Positions 10,825 through 20,059 of a stretch of 64,000 nt of DNA are shown here, piece after piece; the first letter of the stretch is position 1; every line of letters begins with the position of its first letter. The stretch covers positions 608,001-672,000 of the forward strand of contig CAXXLV010000002.1 in NCBI GenBank assembly GCA_963664305.2. Reading direction: 5' to 3'. The notes under the pieces are model-generated. The model saw only the letters and a list, made by a program, of their open reading frames with translations, was not told the origin of the DNA and did no database searches. A program made the translations under genes and the position numbers. Origin of the DNA: an uncultured Aliarcobacter sp. (GTDB lineage: Bacteria; Campylobacterota; Campylobacteria; Campylobacterales; Arcobacteraceae).

Positions 10825-12388
10825 GAATTAATTCATATTTTTGTGTATAATTTATTGCATCATCTAAATTTGAATACATTCTAATCTTTTTAAACACGTT
10901 ATCATTATCTACAGATAGGATTTTTCTTTTATGTCTATATCTAAGAACTAAAATTATTTCCAAATCTTTACTTTTGAATTTTTCAATAATCTCTTCCAAA
11001 GTAAATATTGCAGAAATATCAAAAAAAGATACATTTTTACAATCAATTATAATTTTTTTACAATTCTTAACTTTTTCTAATTTATCTTCAAGAAATGCAG
11101 CAGTTCCAAAAAATAAAGAACCATTAACTTTTATAATTTTTACATCTTGGTTTTCTATATCAATGTCAAAAGATACTTTTGAACGTGCAGTTTTTATTTG
11201 AGTATTTCTTGAAACTTGATAAACAGCCATAATAGAAGAAATTGTAATTCCTACACCAACAGCCATGATTAAATCTACAAATACAGTTAGTAAAAAAACT
11301 GTAATCATAATAATTAAATTTTGTTTTGTAATTTTTGTTAAAACTTTTAAAAATTTATAATCTAAAATATCAAAACCTACTTTTACTAAAATTCCAGATA
11401 ATACTGCTAATGGAATTTTTGAAGCAAGAGGAGCTAAAAATAAAACTATTAATAAAAGTGTTATTGAATGAACCATTCCTGATAGTTTTGTTGTTGCTCC
11501 ACTATTAATATTTATTACTGTTCTCATTGTTGCCCCTGCTCCTGGGATTGCACCAAAGAAAGAACAAATGGCATTTCCAATTCCTTGCCCAATCAACTCT
11601 TTTTTGGAATCATGTTTTGTTTTTGTTTTAGAATCAGCAACAACAGAAGTTAAAAGAGAATCAATAGAAGCTAATAAAGCTAAAGTAATAGACAATGTTA
11701 AAATAGTGCTTAGTTTTAAAATATCAAAAGATATTGGTAAAACAAAATCAGGTAATCCCATAGGAATTTCACCAATAACTTTTACTTGAAAACTTAAAAA
11801 TATAGATAAAAATGTCATTGAAACAAGAGCAATTAAAGCTGGAGGTATAATTTTTGATATTTTTTTAGGAGTTAAAAACATAATAATCAAAGTAAGAGTA
11901 GCAAGAATTACTGCTTCATAATTTATTTTTCCAAAAGTATCAAGTAAATGAGTTACTGTGTAAATAATAGAAGTATATGAATCAACACCTAAAAAAGGAT
12001 TGATTTGTAAAATAATGATAATAACACCAATTCCACACATAAAACCAGAAATTACTGGATAAGGGATATATTTTATCCATTTACCAATTCCTACTATTCC
12101 AAAAGATATTTGCATCAAACCAGCAAGGAAAACGATAGTCATAACAGTAGAAAAATCATTTGGAAAAGCTGCAATTGCAGATGCAAAAACAACGGTCATT
12201 GGTCCAGTTGGACCTGAAATTTGAGTTGGAGTTCCTCCAAATAAAGCAGCAAAAAAACCTAAAATTATAGCACCATATAATCCAGCAATTGCACCTGCTC
12301 CACTTGCAACACCAAAAGCTAAAGCTAATGGTAAAGCTACAACGGCAGCAGTTATTCCTGCAAAAATATCATTTTTAACTCTATTCAA
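10817..12388 (-). CDS. SulP/SLC26 anion (bicarbonate/sulfate) transporter with STAS domain
   Basis: DIFAGITAAVVALPLALAFG and ISGPTGPM motifs; C-terminal STAS domain. Confidence 0.93.
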   Translation of the reverse strand: MNRVKNDIFAGITAAVVALPLALAFGVASGAGAIAGLYGAIILGFFAALFGGTPTQISGPTGPMTVVFASAIAAFPNDFSTVMTIVFLAGLMQISFGIVGIGKWIKYIPYPVISGFMCGIGVIIIILQINPFLGVDSYTSIIYTVTHLLDTFGKINYEAVILATLTLIIMFLTPKKISKIIPPALIALVSMTFLSIFLSFQVKVIGEIPMGLPDFVLPISFDILKLSTILTLSITLALLASIDSLLTSVVADSKTKTKHDSKKELIGQGIGNAICSFFGAIPGAGATMRTVININSGATTKLSGMVHSITLLLIVLFLAPLASKIPLAVLSGILVKVGFDILDYKFLKVLTKITKQNLIIMITVFLLTVFVDLIMAVGVGITISSIMAVYQVSRNTQIKTARSKVSFDIDIENQDVKIIKVNGSLFFGTAAFLEDKLEKVKNCKKIIIDCKNVSFFDISAIFTLEEIIEKFKSKDLEIILVLRYRHKRKILSVDNDNVFKKIRMYSNLDDAINYTQKYELIHG

Positions 12389-12406
12389 GGAAAAACTCCT
12401 AAAAAT

Positions 12407-13873
12407 TTATTTGTCTCTTTCTAAATACTCTTCATCACCCATTTTATCATTTTTACCACGTGCAATAACGTGAATTGGAGTTCCTTCAAAATTGAATTGT
12501 TCTCTTAAGAAGTTGATTAAATATCTTTTATACGTAAAGTGTAAAAGACTTGGTTTATTCATTACAAGAGCAATTCTAGGCGGTCTTGTACTAAATTGCG
12601 TTGCATAATAAATTCTTAAATAAGCACCATTTGGACTTGGAAGTGAATGTCTAATTACTGCTTCTTCAATTACTCTATTTAATTGAGAAGTTGGAATTCT
12701 TTGTGTATAGTTATTGAAAATTTCAATAATTTTATCTTTAAGTCTTTCTATACTTCTTCCCGTTTTTGCTGAAACTGCAATAATTGGAGCATAAGATAAA
12801 AATCTAAATCTTCTTCTGATTTCCTCTTCAATTTTTTGGAATGTATCCATATTTTCATCCCATTTATTTAAAACAATAATTGTTCCTAATCCATATTCAT
12901 CTACTAATCCAGCAATTTTTTCATCTAAATCAGTAAGTTCTCTTGAAGCATCTAAAACAACTAAAGCCATATTTGCTTTTTCTAACATCTCTTTAGTTCT
13001 CATTAAAGCATATTTTTCAATACCTTCAATACTTCCTCTTCTTCTTAATCCAGCTGTGTCAACGAAAGTAATTTGTTTTTCTTTAAATTCAAATGATTCA
13101 TCAACGGGGTCAATTGTAGTTCCAGCAATAGGAGAAACAACTGATCTTTCTTCTCCTAATATTGCATTTAATATTGAAGATTTCCCAACATTTACTCTTC
13201 CTATAATTGCAACATTGATTTTGTTTTCATCAATTTCAGCAACTTCTTCTTTAACAAAATCTTCATCTGATTCTAAAGAATAATCTTCTTCATCGTCAAA
13301 ATCAAAATTTTCTTCTCTCTCTTTTCTTAAAGCTTCTGCTTCTTCTCGGGCAACTGTTTCAAGATTAACAGGAAGATGTTGATAAATCCATTCAAATAAA
13401 TTTTTTGTTCCTCTATTATGAGAAACTGAGATTCCAAAAAGATTTTCATCTCCAATACCAAACTCAAAAAATTCCCAAAGTCTTTCTAATTCTTTATCAT
13501 TATCAATTTTATTTACAACTAGGGCTAATTCTTTCCCTAATCTTTGAAGCTCATAAAATAATTCTTTATCCTTATCATCTGGTATATTTTTACCATCAAC
13601 CATAAAAAGTATTATATCAGCCTCTTTTGCTGTTTCTATAGCTTTTCTTTTTACATTTGAAAAAATGGCATCATTAGTTTCATCGATACCACCAGTATCT
13701 AACATTAATGCTTTTCTATCCATAATTTCAATTTCATGTTTTCTAATATCTCTTGTAGTTCCAGCCATATCCGATACAATAGCAATTCTTTTATTTGCAA
13801 TTCTATTAAATAGTGATGATTTTCCTACGTTTGGTTGCCCTATTAGTGCAATCTTTTTTAGTGTTTTATCCAT
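12407..13873 (-). CDS. der: Ribosome biogenesis GTPase Der
   Basis: Two G domains (GQPNVGKS, GRVNVGKS) and a C-terminal KH-like domain (FEGTPI). Confidence 0.97.
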   Translation of the reverse strand: MDKTLKKIALIGQPNVGKSSLFNRIANKRIAIVSDMAGTTRDIRKHEIEIMDRKALMLDTGGIDETNDAIFSNVKRKAIETAKEADIILFMVDGKNIPDDKDKELFYELQRLGKELALVVNKIDNDKELERLWEFFEFGIGDENLFGISVSHNRGTKNLFEWIYQHLPVNLETVAREEAEALRKEREENFDFDDEEDYSLESDEDFVKEEVAEIDENKINVAIIGRVNVGKSSILNAILGEERSVVSPIAGTTIDPVDESFEFKEKQITFVDTAGLRRRGSIEGIEKYALMRTKEMLEKANMALVVLDASRELTDLDEKIAGLVDEYGLGTIIVLNKWDENMDTFQKIEEEIRRRFRFLSYAPIIAVSAKTGRSIERLKDKIIEIFNNYTQRIPTSQLNRVIEEAVIRHSLPSPNGAYLRIYYATQFSTRPPRIALVMNKPSLLHFTYKRYLINFLREQFNFEGTPIHVIARGKNDKMGDEEYLERDK

Positions 13874-13910
13874 AAATATTTTAAATCCTAAGTTTTTTTG
13901 TTTTTTAAAT

Positions 13911-13943
13911 AAAAAAAGGTATTAGCATTATAGCTAATACCTT
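13911..13943 (-). terminator. Intrinsic terminator of hpf
   Basis: AAGGTATTAGC-loop-GCTAATACCTT inverted repeat followed by a T-run on the minus strand. Confidence 0.85.
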
Positions 13944-13965
13944 CATTAAATAAAAGAGGTTTATA

Positions 13966-14508
13966 TTAATATAATCCAAATTTACCAGCAACTGAACTTT
14001 TATATAAAACTCTCATATTATCATCTTTATCAATAAATACTTTGAATAAAGCGTCTGATGCCTTTAAATCTTCTAAAGCTTCTTCAATATCTATTGGTTT
14101 ATAAGATGTTAATCTTACAGGAGTAATTTCGTCTTCAAATTTCTCTAATTCTAATGCAATTTTATCTTGAATTTCATTAGCTTCAACTTCAGATAATTTA
14201 GTAGCTTTATGAGCTGCAATTTTATCATGATGTCTTCTTAATACTTTAGATACTCTATCAACTGCAATATCAATTGCAGCGTATAAATCTTTATCTTTTT
14301 GTTTTACAACAATAGTATCTAAATGAGCAATATTTAAAGTGAATTCAAAAGAGAAAGCTTTTTTACCATGTTTTTCATCTTGTGAAATAATTGAGTTTAC
14401 AGAAATAATATCTAAATTATATTTTTTAAACACTTCTACTGAGCTATTAATGTAATCTTTGATCGCATCTGTTAATTCTATGTGTCTTCCTACAATACTT
14501 GTATTCAT
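13966..14508 (-). CDS. hpf: Ribosome hibernation promoting factor (long HPF)
   Basis: GRHIELTDAIKDY and DLYAAID motifs, C-terminal KPIDIEEA domain. Confidence 0.93.
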   Translation of the reverse strand: MNTSIVGRHIELTDAIKDYINSSVEVFKKYNLDIISVNSIISQDEKHGKKAFSFEFTLNIAHLDTIVVKQKDKDLYAAIDIAVDRVSKVLRRHHDKIAAHKATKLSEVEANEIQDKIALELEKFEDEITPVRLTSYKPIDIEEALEDLKASDALFKVFIDKDDNMRVLYKSSVAGKFGLY

Positions 14509-14657
14509 AACATACTCCTTAATTATAATTTATTTATTCTAACATAAAAAACATAAAATGGGTAATATTCTCTATAAAATAACACTTGTATAACCTTGTA
14601 AATGGAGAGAAATTTTGATAATTTTTTGAATTCTTAACAAATTACGCTTAGAAAAGA

Positions 14658-15509
14658 CTAAGCGTAATTAAATATAGAAGAATTTGAGTTTGAAAGGTTT
14701 TTAACGTAACTATTTAGTTCACTATTATTAGTTTGATTATTCATCATTTGCATAATATTTTTAAAGTTACTTAAATCTAAATTCTCTGAAGGATTTGAAC
14801 TATTAGATTTTATAGTATCAAGTAATAATTTTACAGTATCTTTTATAGTTGAATTATCAGCTGTTTCATTAGATATTCCTAATGCAGCATTTTTTTCTTC
14901 TTGAGATACAATACCATCTTTATTAGTATCAAGTTCATCATATTCTTCTTCATCAGTTGACGCTGCTGAACCACCACTTCCTCCACCTTTAGGTGGTGGC
15001 ATTGATGCTACAGATTCAGAAGAAGAGCTATTAGTTACTTGATTATATGCACTTGTTAACTCGTCTGTTGAAATTGAACCATCACTATCAGTATCTAATG
15101 CAGAAAACTCTTCATCACTTAAGATTGAAACTTCACTTGCACTAAGTAATGAATCACCATCACTATCATAACTTGACATTATCATAGAACTAAACTCATT
15201 TGCTTGTTGACTAGTTGGTGGTTCAGGCATTTGAAGGCCTAATTCAGATATTAAACTTTCAAATTCTTCTTTTGAAGGCATTTCTCCATCAAAAGAAGAT
15301 AATTTACTATCTATTGCACTTGCAATTTCATTTTGAGTAACTAGTCCATCACCATCACTATCAAGTGTAGAAAACTGTTCTTCACTAACACCTAATTCAT
15401 CAATACTCAAAGATGAATCAGAATTAGTATCACTATTTTTAACTATGTCTTTTGAAATATTACTTATAGGAGACATCATACCTATAGAACTATACGAAGA
15501 AATTGTCAT
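14658..15509 (-). CDS. Acidic multi-EF-hand (putative Ca2+-binding) protein with no Sec signal peptide
   Basis: EF-hand loops DTNSDSSLSIDE, DSDGDGLVTQNE, DSDGDSLLSASE, DTDSDGSISTDE and DTNKDGIVSQEE; Pro/Gly linkers. Confidence 0.88.
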   Translation of the reverse strand: MTISSYSSIGMMSPISNISKDIVKNSDTNSDSSLSIDELGVSEEQFSTLDSDGDGLVTQNEIASAIDSKLSSFDGEMPSKEEFESLISELGLQMPEPPTSQQANEFSSMIMSSYDSDGDSLLSASEVSILSDEEFSALDTDSDGSISTDELTSAYNQVTNSSSSESVASMPPPKGGGSGGSAASTDEEEYDELDTNKDGIVSQEEKNAALGISNETADNSTIKDTVKLLLDTIKSNSSNPSENLDLSNFKNIMQMMNNQTNNSELNSYVKNLSNSNSSIFNYA

Positions 15510-15529
15510 ATTATCCTCCTTTTTTTAAA

Positions 15530-15560
15530 ATCCTATTCTTTTAAAGTAAATAATGGGTAA
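15530..15560 (-). promoter_or_regulatory. Promoter of the EF-hand gene with TTAC direct repeat
   Basis: Minus strand reads TTAC-CCATTAT-TTAC-N10-TAGGAT. Confidence 0.7.
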
Positions 15561-15568
15561 CAAAATTA

Positions 15569-16906
15569 TTAAGAATCACTAGAACCTTCAATAATTAATT
15601 TTAAAGATGAAAATGCTGTTTCCATTTGCGTAATCAATACCGTATATTCTGCAAATTGTGTAGACATCTGTTCATATTTTTCATCTAATTTATCAGAAGC
15701 TGTTTCATAATCTTCATTTAATGAGTCAATTTTGTCGTTTAATTTATCTTCATAAGTCGTAAAAAGTCCATCTAAGGAATCTAATGAATCTAAATAAGTT
15801 TTCAATTTTGTTCCAATACCTTCTTTTTCTGCATAACCAACAAATAATTCTTTTAAATCATCATAATTATCACTGACAGCTTCTGTTAATTCTGTAGAAT
15901 CAACATTTAAATAACCATCTGTATCAAAAGATATTCCATATTTAAACAGACTCTCTTCATTATCTAATCCATAACTTCCAAATAAAATCTCTTTTATACT
16001 ATTCATCATTGATTTTAAAGTACTTGAATCAGAAATTATTGCTGGGTCATCTTCATCACCCAAAATATAAGAATTTACTAAATCAACTAAATCATTGTAT
16101 TTATCAGCTACATCTTCAATTGTTGATACTAATGTACTAGTATCTCTTTCCATAGTAATTGAAGAATCACCAGTTGTAGTAGCAGTTATTATTAAACCAT
16201 TAGCCATTGTTACTTTATTTGATGAAACATCATAAGAAATACCATCAATTGTTGCTTGCATATTTTGTGCTGTTAAAACATGACTATCTTCTTCTTCAAA
16301 TCCTAAATCTATATCTGTTTGAGAAATAGAAATTGCATTTGATTCTCCAGTTTCAGCACTTTTTATTACAAGTCTATATGAATCATCACCAACTTGTTCT
16401 AAACTTGCTTCAAAATTTGAGTTATAACCCATTTCAGTTACCAAACTTTCATAAGTTTTTCCATCAGTTGAAAAATCATAACTTGTATCTCCAACAGTAA
16501 TAGTTATTGTTCCTGAATCCATTGTAGCTGTTGTATCTGAAATTGTATTTGATTGATATACATCTTTTTGTGCTAATTGACTAACACTAACACTAATTGT
16601 CCCCGGAGTTAATTTACTTGAATCAGTTGCATCAAAAGTTACAGAATCACCTGATGTTGTTGCACTTATTTCATCAAACACATTAGTTCCACTTGTATAT
16701 AAATCAAAATCGTCAACTAAATCAAGTAGTTCTAAAACCATAGTTTCAATTTCAGTTAATGCATCTAATTCAGCTTGTGTATCATCAATTTCATCAGTAA
16801 TTGGGTCTAGAATAGATGTACTTTCTGCTGTTTTTAATTTAGTAATTAAATCTGAACTTAAATCTACACTTCCTGAAGTTCCGAGTCCTAAAATTCCATC
16901 TGCCAT
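15569..16906 (-). CDS. fliD: Flagellar filament cap FliD-like protein
   Basis: LGLG...LITKLKTAE N-terminus, VSQLAQKDVYQS, C-terminal KYEQMSTQFAEY. Confidence 0.88.
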   Translation of the reverse strand: MADGILGLGTSGSVDLSSDLITKLKTAESTSILDPITDEIDDTQAELDALTEIETMVLELLDLVDDFDLYTSGTNVFDEISATTSGDSVTFDATDSSKLTPGTISVSVSQLAQKDVYQSNTISDTTATMDSGTITITVGDTSYDFSTDGKTYESLVTEMGYNSNFEASLEQVGDDSYRLVIKSAETGESNAISISQTDIDLGFEEEDSHVLTAQNMQATIDGISYDVSSNKVTMANGLIITATTTGDSSITMERDTSTLVSTIEDVADKYNDLVDLVNSYILGDEDDPAIISDSSTLKSMMNSIKEILFGSYGLDNEESLFKYGISFDTDGYLNVDSTELTEAVSDNYDDLKELFVGYAEKEGIGTKLKTYLDSLDSLDGLFTTYEDKLNDKIDSLNEDYETASDKLDEKYEQMSTQFAEYTVLITQMETAFSSLKLIIEGSSDS

Positions 16907-16916
16907 TTTATATCCT

Positions 16917-18515
16917 TTACATTGCTAATAGCGTTTGAAGCATTTCATCAACTGCAGTTATCACCTTTGCATTTGCTTCATATGCTGCTTGAAATTGAAG
17001 AAGATTTATCATCTCCTCATCTGAATCTACTTTTGTAAGATTGTTATATGTTGTTTCCAAAGAATTTACTATCGTATTTTGAGATTCTAATTTAAAGTTA
17101 TTATTTTCTACGTTTGAAGAAACTGTAACTAATAAGTTTTGATAAAACTCACTAAATGAAGTATTTGAAGTTGAACCAATAGTTAAATTTGTTGCCCACT
17201 GAATTTCAGATAGGTTTTCTAAGTCATTACTGGTTAAAGAGCTTACATTATCAGAAATAAAATTTAATGTATCAACATTTGAACCAGTAAATAGAGGCGT
17301 ATTACTACTTGAATTAACTAAATCAATTAATGCACTTGCAAATTCATCTAAACTATCTTTATATGAATATATATTTGAAGTTGAAGTTGTAAGCTCTTGG
17401 GTTATAGCCTTTAAAGAACCACTTGTTAGAGATAAACCATTATTATAAACAGCTAATGAAACATTATTTTCAGCTTCAACAGAAGTTGCACTTTTTGATA
17501 TTTCACTACTATTTACAGAAATAGCAATATCAAAAGCCCCCTCTTCTCCTTCAATATTTGATTTAATAATTAAATTATTACTTGAATCAAGATACGCGTT
17601 GTAATTTGAAAAATTTGAGTTTGAATTAATTGCATCAATAATTTGCTGTTTTAATTCATTTTCATCTGTTCCACTAACATTTGCACTTAATGTTAATGAT
17701 GTAGTATTATTTAAAGAAATAGTAATTTCATCTCCATCACTAAAGTTACTATCATCTAAAGAAGATGAAGTATAAATATCTTTTTGTGCAATATTTTCTT
17801 CATTTATACTTACTTCATGTAAATTTGTATCATTAAAAATTACATTTACTCCTGCAATTTTTAGGTTATAAGTATCACTATCTCTATTGATTTCTATATC
17901 AACATAATTTGATAACTCTTTTTCTAAAGCATCTCTTTTATCAAGTAAATCATTTGTTTCACCACTTTGTTGCATCTGTTTATTAAGATAGACTATCTGT
18001 TCTAAAATATCATTTACACTATCAACTTGATCTTGTAATTGTGTATTTAAACTCTCTAAGGTATCATCTAAATCACTGTTTAATGATTGTAAATTATTTA
18101 CTAATAATTGAGATTGAGTTGATAATTCATTTTGATAAATTAAGTTTGTAGGTTCTTCTCTTAATGATTCAATTGAATTAAAAAAGTTACTTAACGTTGT
18201 TGAAAAACCACTACTATCAGCTTCATCAAACATTATTTCAATACTACTTAATATAGTGTCTTCTTGTTCATAATATGAAGCTAAACTACTTTGCGCAACC
18301 AATTTATCATATAAATAACTATTTGTTGTTCTAGTAACTCCATCAAATGATACTCCATTCCCAATATTATCTTCTAAGCTATTTAATTCAGAAGTATTAA
18401 CAACTCTTTTTACATAACCATCTGTATTTTCATTTGCAATATTATTAGAAGTTACATCAACAGAATATTTTGAGGCATCAAGACCACTTTTTGCGATGTA
18501 TAAAGAATTTATCAT
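16917..18515 (-). CDS. flgK: Hook-filament junction FlgK-like protein
   Basis: SNNIANENTDGY, NDLLDKRD and VDSDEEMINLLQFQAAYEANAKVI motifs. Confidence 0.92.
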   Translation of the reverse strand: MINSLYIAKSGLDASKYSVDVTSNNIANENTDGYVKRVVNTSELNSLEDNIGNGVSFDGVTRTTNSYLYDKLVAQSSLASYYEQEDTILSSIEIMFDEADSSGFSTTLSNFFNSIESLREEPTNLIYQNELSTQSQLLVNNLQSLNSDLDDTLESLNTQLQDQVDSVNDILEQIVYLNKQMQQSGETNDLLDKRDALEKELSNYVDIEINRDSDTYNLKIAGVNVIFNDTNLHEVSINEENIAQKDIYTSSSLDDSNFSDGDEITISLNNTTSLTLSANVSGTDENELKQQIIDAINSNSNFSNYNAYLDSSNNLIIKSNIEGEEGAFDIAISVNSSEISKSATSVEAENNVSLAVYNNGLSLTSGSLKAITQELTTSTSNIYSYKDSLDEFASALIDLVNSSSNTPLFTGSNVDTLNFISDNVSSLTSNDLENLSEIQWATNLTIGSTSNTSFSEFYQNLLVTVSSNVENNNFKLESQNTIVNSLETTYNNLTKVDSDEEMINLLQFQAAYEANAKVITAVDEMLQTLLAM

Positions 18516-18524
18516 AATAAACTC

Positions 18525-18905
18525 CTAATAGATTCTTTTTACATCAACAAAATCAATAAAAGTTACAGTATCATCTAAAATATATTTTTTTTCTAAAGCA
18601 TCTATTCCTAGAACTTCATGACAAACTAAATATATTTTATTATCTTTTGTTGTTTGAATTGAACTAACATTAAATTGTCTAAAACCTCTTTCACCATTTC
18701 TTAATCTACCATCTTCAACAACTCTGTCAATAATATTTACAATATTTGTCATAGTTAATAAATTCATTGATTTTTGTAATTGAATTACCATTGATTCTAA
18801 ATTATCAAAATTTGTATTTTGATAATTATTCATAAAATAGCTATAACACTCAATTACTTGTGATTCTAGTCCTTTTATATCCATAATATTATTTTTCATT
18901 TTCAA
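18525..18905 (-). CDS. Hypothetical protein within the flagellar-homolog operon
   Basis: 126-aa ORF tightly packed between flgL and flgK, AAGGA SD. Confidence 0.75.
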   Translation of the reverse strand: MKMKNNIMDIKGLESQVIECYSYFMNNYQNTNFDNLESMVIQLQKSMNLLTMTNIVNIIDRVVEDGRLRNGERGFRQFNVSSIQTTKDNKIYLVCHEVLGIDALEKKYILDDTVTFIDFVDVKRIY

Positions 18906-18912
18906 TCCTTTT

Positions 18913-20046
18913 TTAACTTAAATATTTAACTAATGACAAGTTATTTACTTTGTTGATAGTTGAGTATAAAGCTGTATATGTATTTTCTAAAGCTTGAGAT
19001 TCAACAGCAAGTGCAGTTAAATCTGCTGCACCAACTGTTTCTTGTAAAATGCTAAAGTTTGTTAATTTTGTTTGAACAATTGATTCATAGTTTTCAATTG
19101 AAGCAGTTCTTATTCCAAGTTTTGCATGAGCTAAATTTACACTATCGTAAATATCTCCAATTTTATCAACGTAACTTGATAAAATAGAATCTGCTTCATC
19201 TTCAGTTATTGAATTACCATTAGAATCTTGTTGTTTTAACGCATTTATAACTTCATCTAAATCATCAAAAACTGAGTGTTTTGATGTTAAAGAAGTTGTT
19301 CCAGTGTTAGTAGTTGTAAAAGTTCCATCTCCATTATCTGTAATTGATAGAGCTGTTTGTGAACTATCCCCATTTAAATATAATCCATTATAAACACCAT
19401 CATTATCAGTATCTAATAATTTATATTGATTACCATCTTTATCTAGAATAATTTCATTTTCTTCAAATGTTAAATTTTCACCAGTTTGTGCTGTTTGATT
19501 TGTATAATATAGAAGCTCAATACCATTTAATCCTTGATTATTATAAGTATTTGTTTCAACATTAATTGTTTTATTGTCATTTGTTGATACATAAGAAATT
19601 CTTCCAGTTGTTTCATCTTTTACAAAAGGTTGTGTTGTTACACTATTTCCAGAAAAAAGGTATTGATTACTTGCACTACTATTTGCAAGCGAGTATATAT
19701 AATCTTTAATAGATTCTAATTCATTTGCAATAGTTTCTTTATTATCACTATCAGTTGTATCTGTAGATGCTTTTAAAATCAAAGATTGAGCTGATTCAAG
19801 AGATGTTTTTATACTTGAAACGGCTGTATCACTTGTCGTATTAAATGAATTAGATGATTGAATTCTATCTAAGATTGAACTATAAGAATTAACACTATTA
19901 TTTATTGATAATAATTGATTATACTTTGAAGAATCATCGCTACCATATTGTAAAGCTTCATTACTACTTAATCCATAAGTTACTTTTTCATTTCTACTAT
20001 TTAATAGACTTAAATTGTACATAATAGTATTTATTGAACTAACCAT
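18913..20046 (-). CDS. flgL: Hook-filament junction FlgL-like protein
   Basis: LANS...YLFSG motif; flagellin-C-like end ADLT...NNLSLVKYL. Confidence 0.85.
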   Translation of the reverse strand: MVSSINTIMYNLSLLNSRNEKVTYGLSSNEALQYGSDDSSKYNQLLSINNSVNSYSSILDRIQSSNSFNTTSDTAVSSIKTSLESAQSLILKASTDTTDSDNKETIANELESIKDYIYSLANSSASNQYLFSGNSVTTQPFVKDETTGRISYVSTNDNKTINVETNTYNNQGLNGIELLYYTNQTAQTGENLTFEENEIILDKDGNQYKLLDTDNDGVYNGLYLNGDSSQTALSITDNGDGTFTTTNTGTTSLTSKHSVFDDLDEVINALKQQDSNGNSITEDEADSILSSYVDKIGDIYDSVNLAHAKLGIRTASIENYESIVQTKLTNFSILQETVGAADLTALAVESQALENTYTALYSTINKVNNLSLVKYLS

Positions 20047-20059
20047 AATAAACTCCTAA

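Noticed and set aside
14582..14602. CTTGTA direct repeat (10-bp period) and a GGGTAA word upstream of hpf
   Set aside because: The period and spacing to the -10 do not match the regulon box; could be chance in AT-rich DNA.
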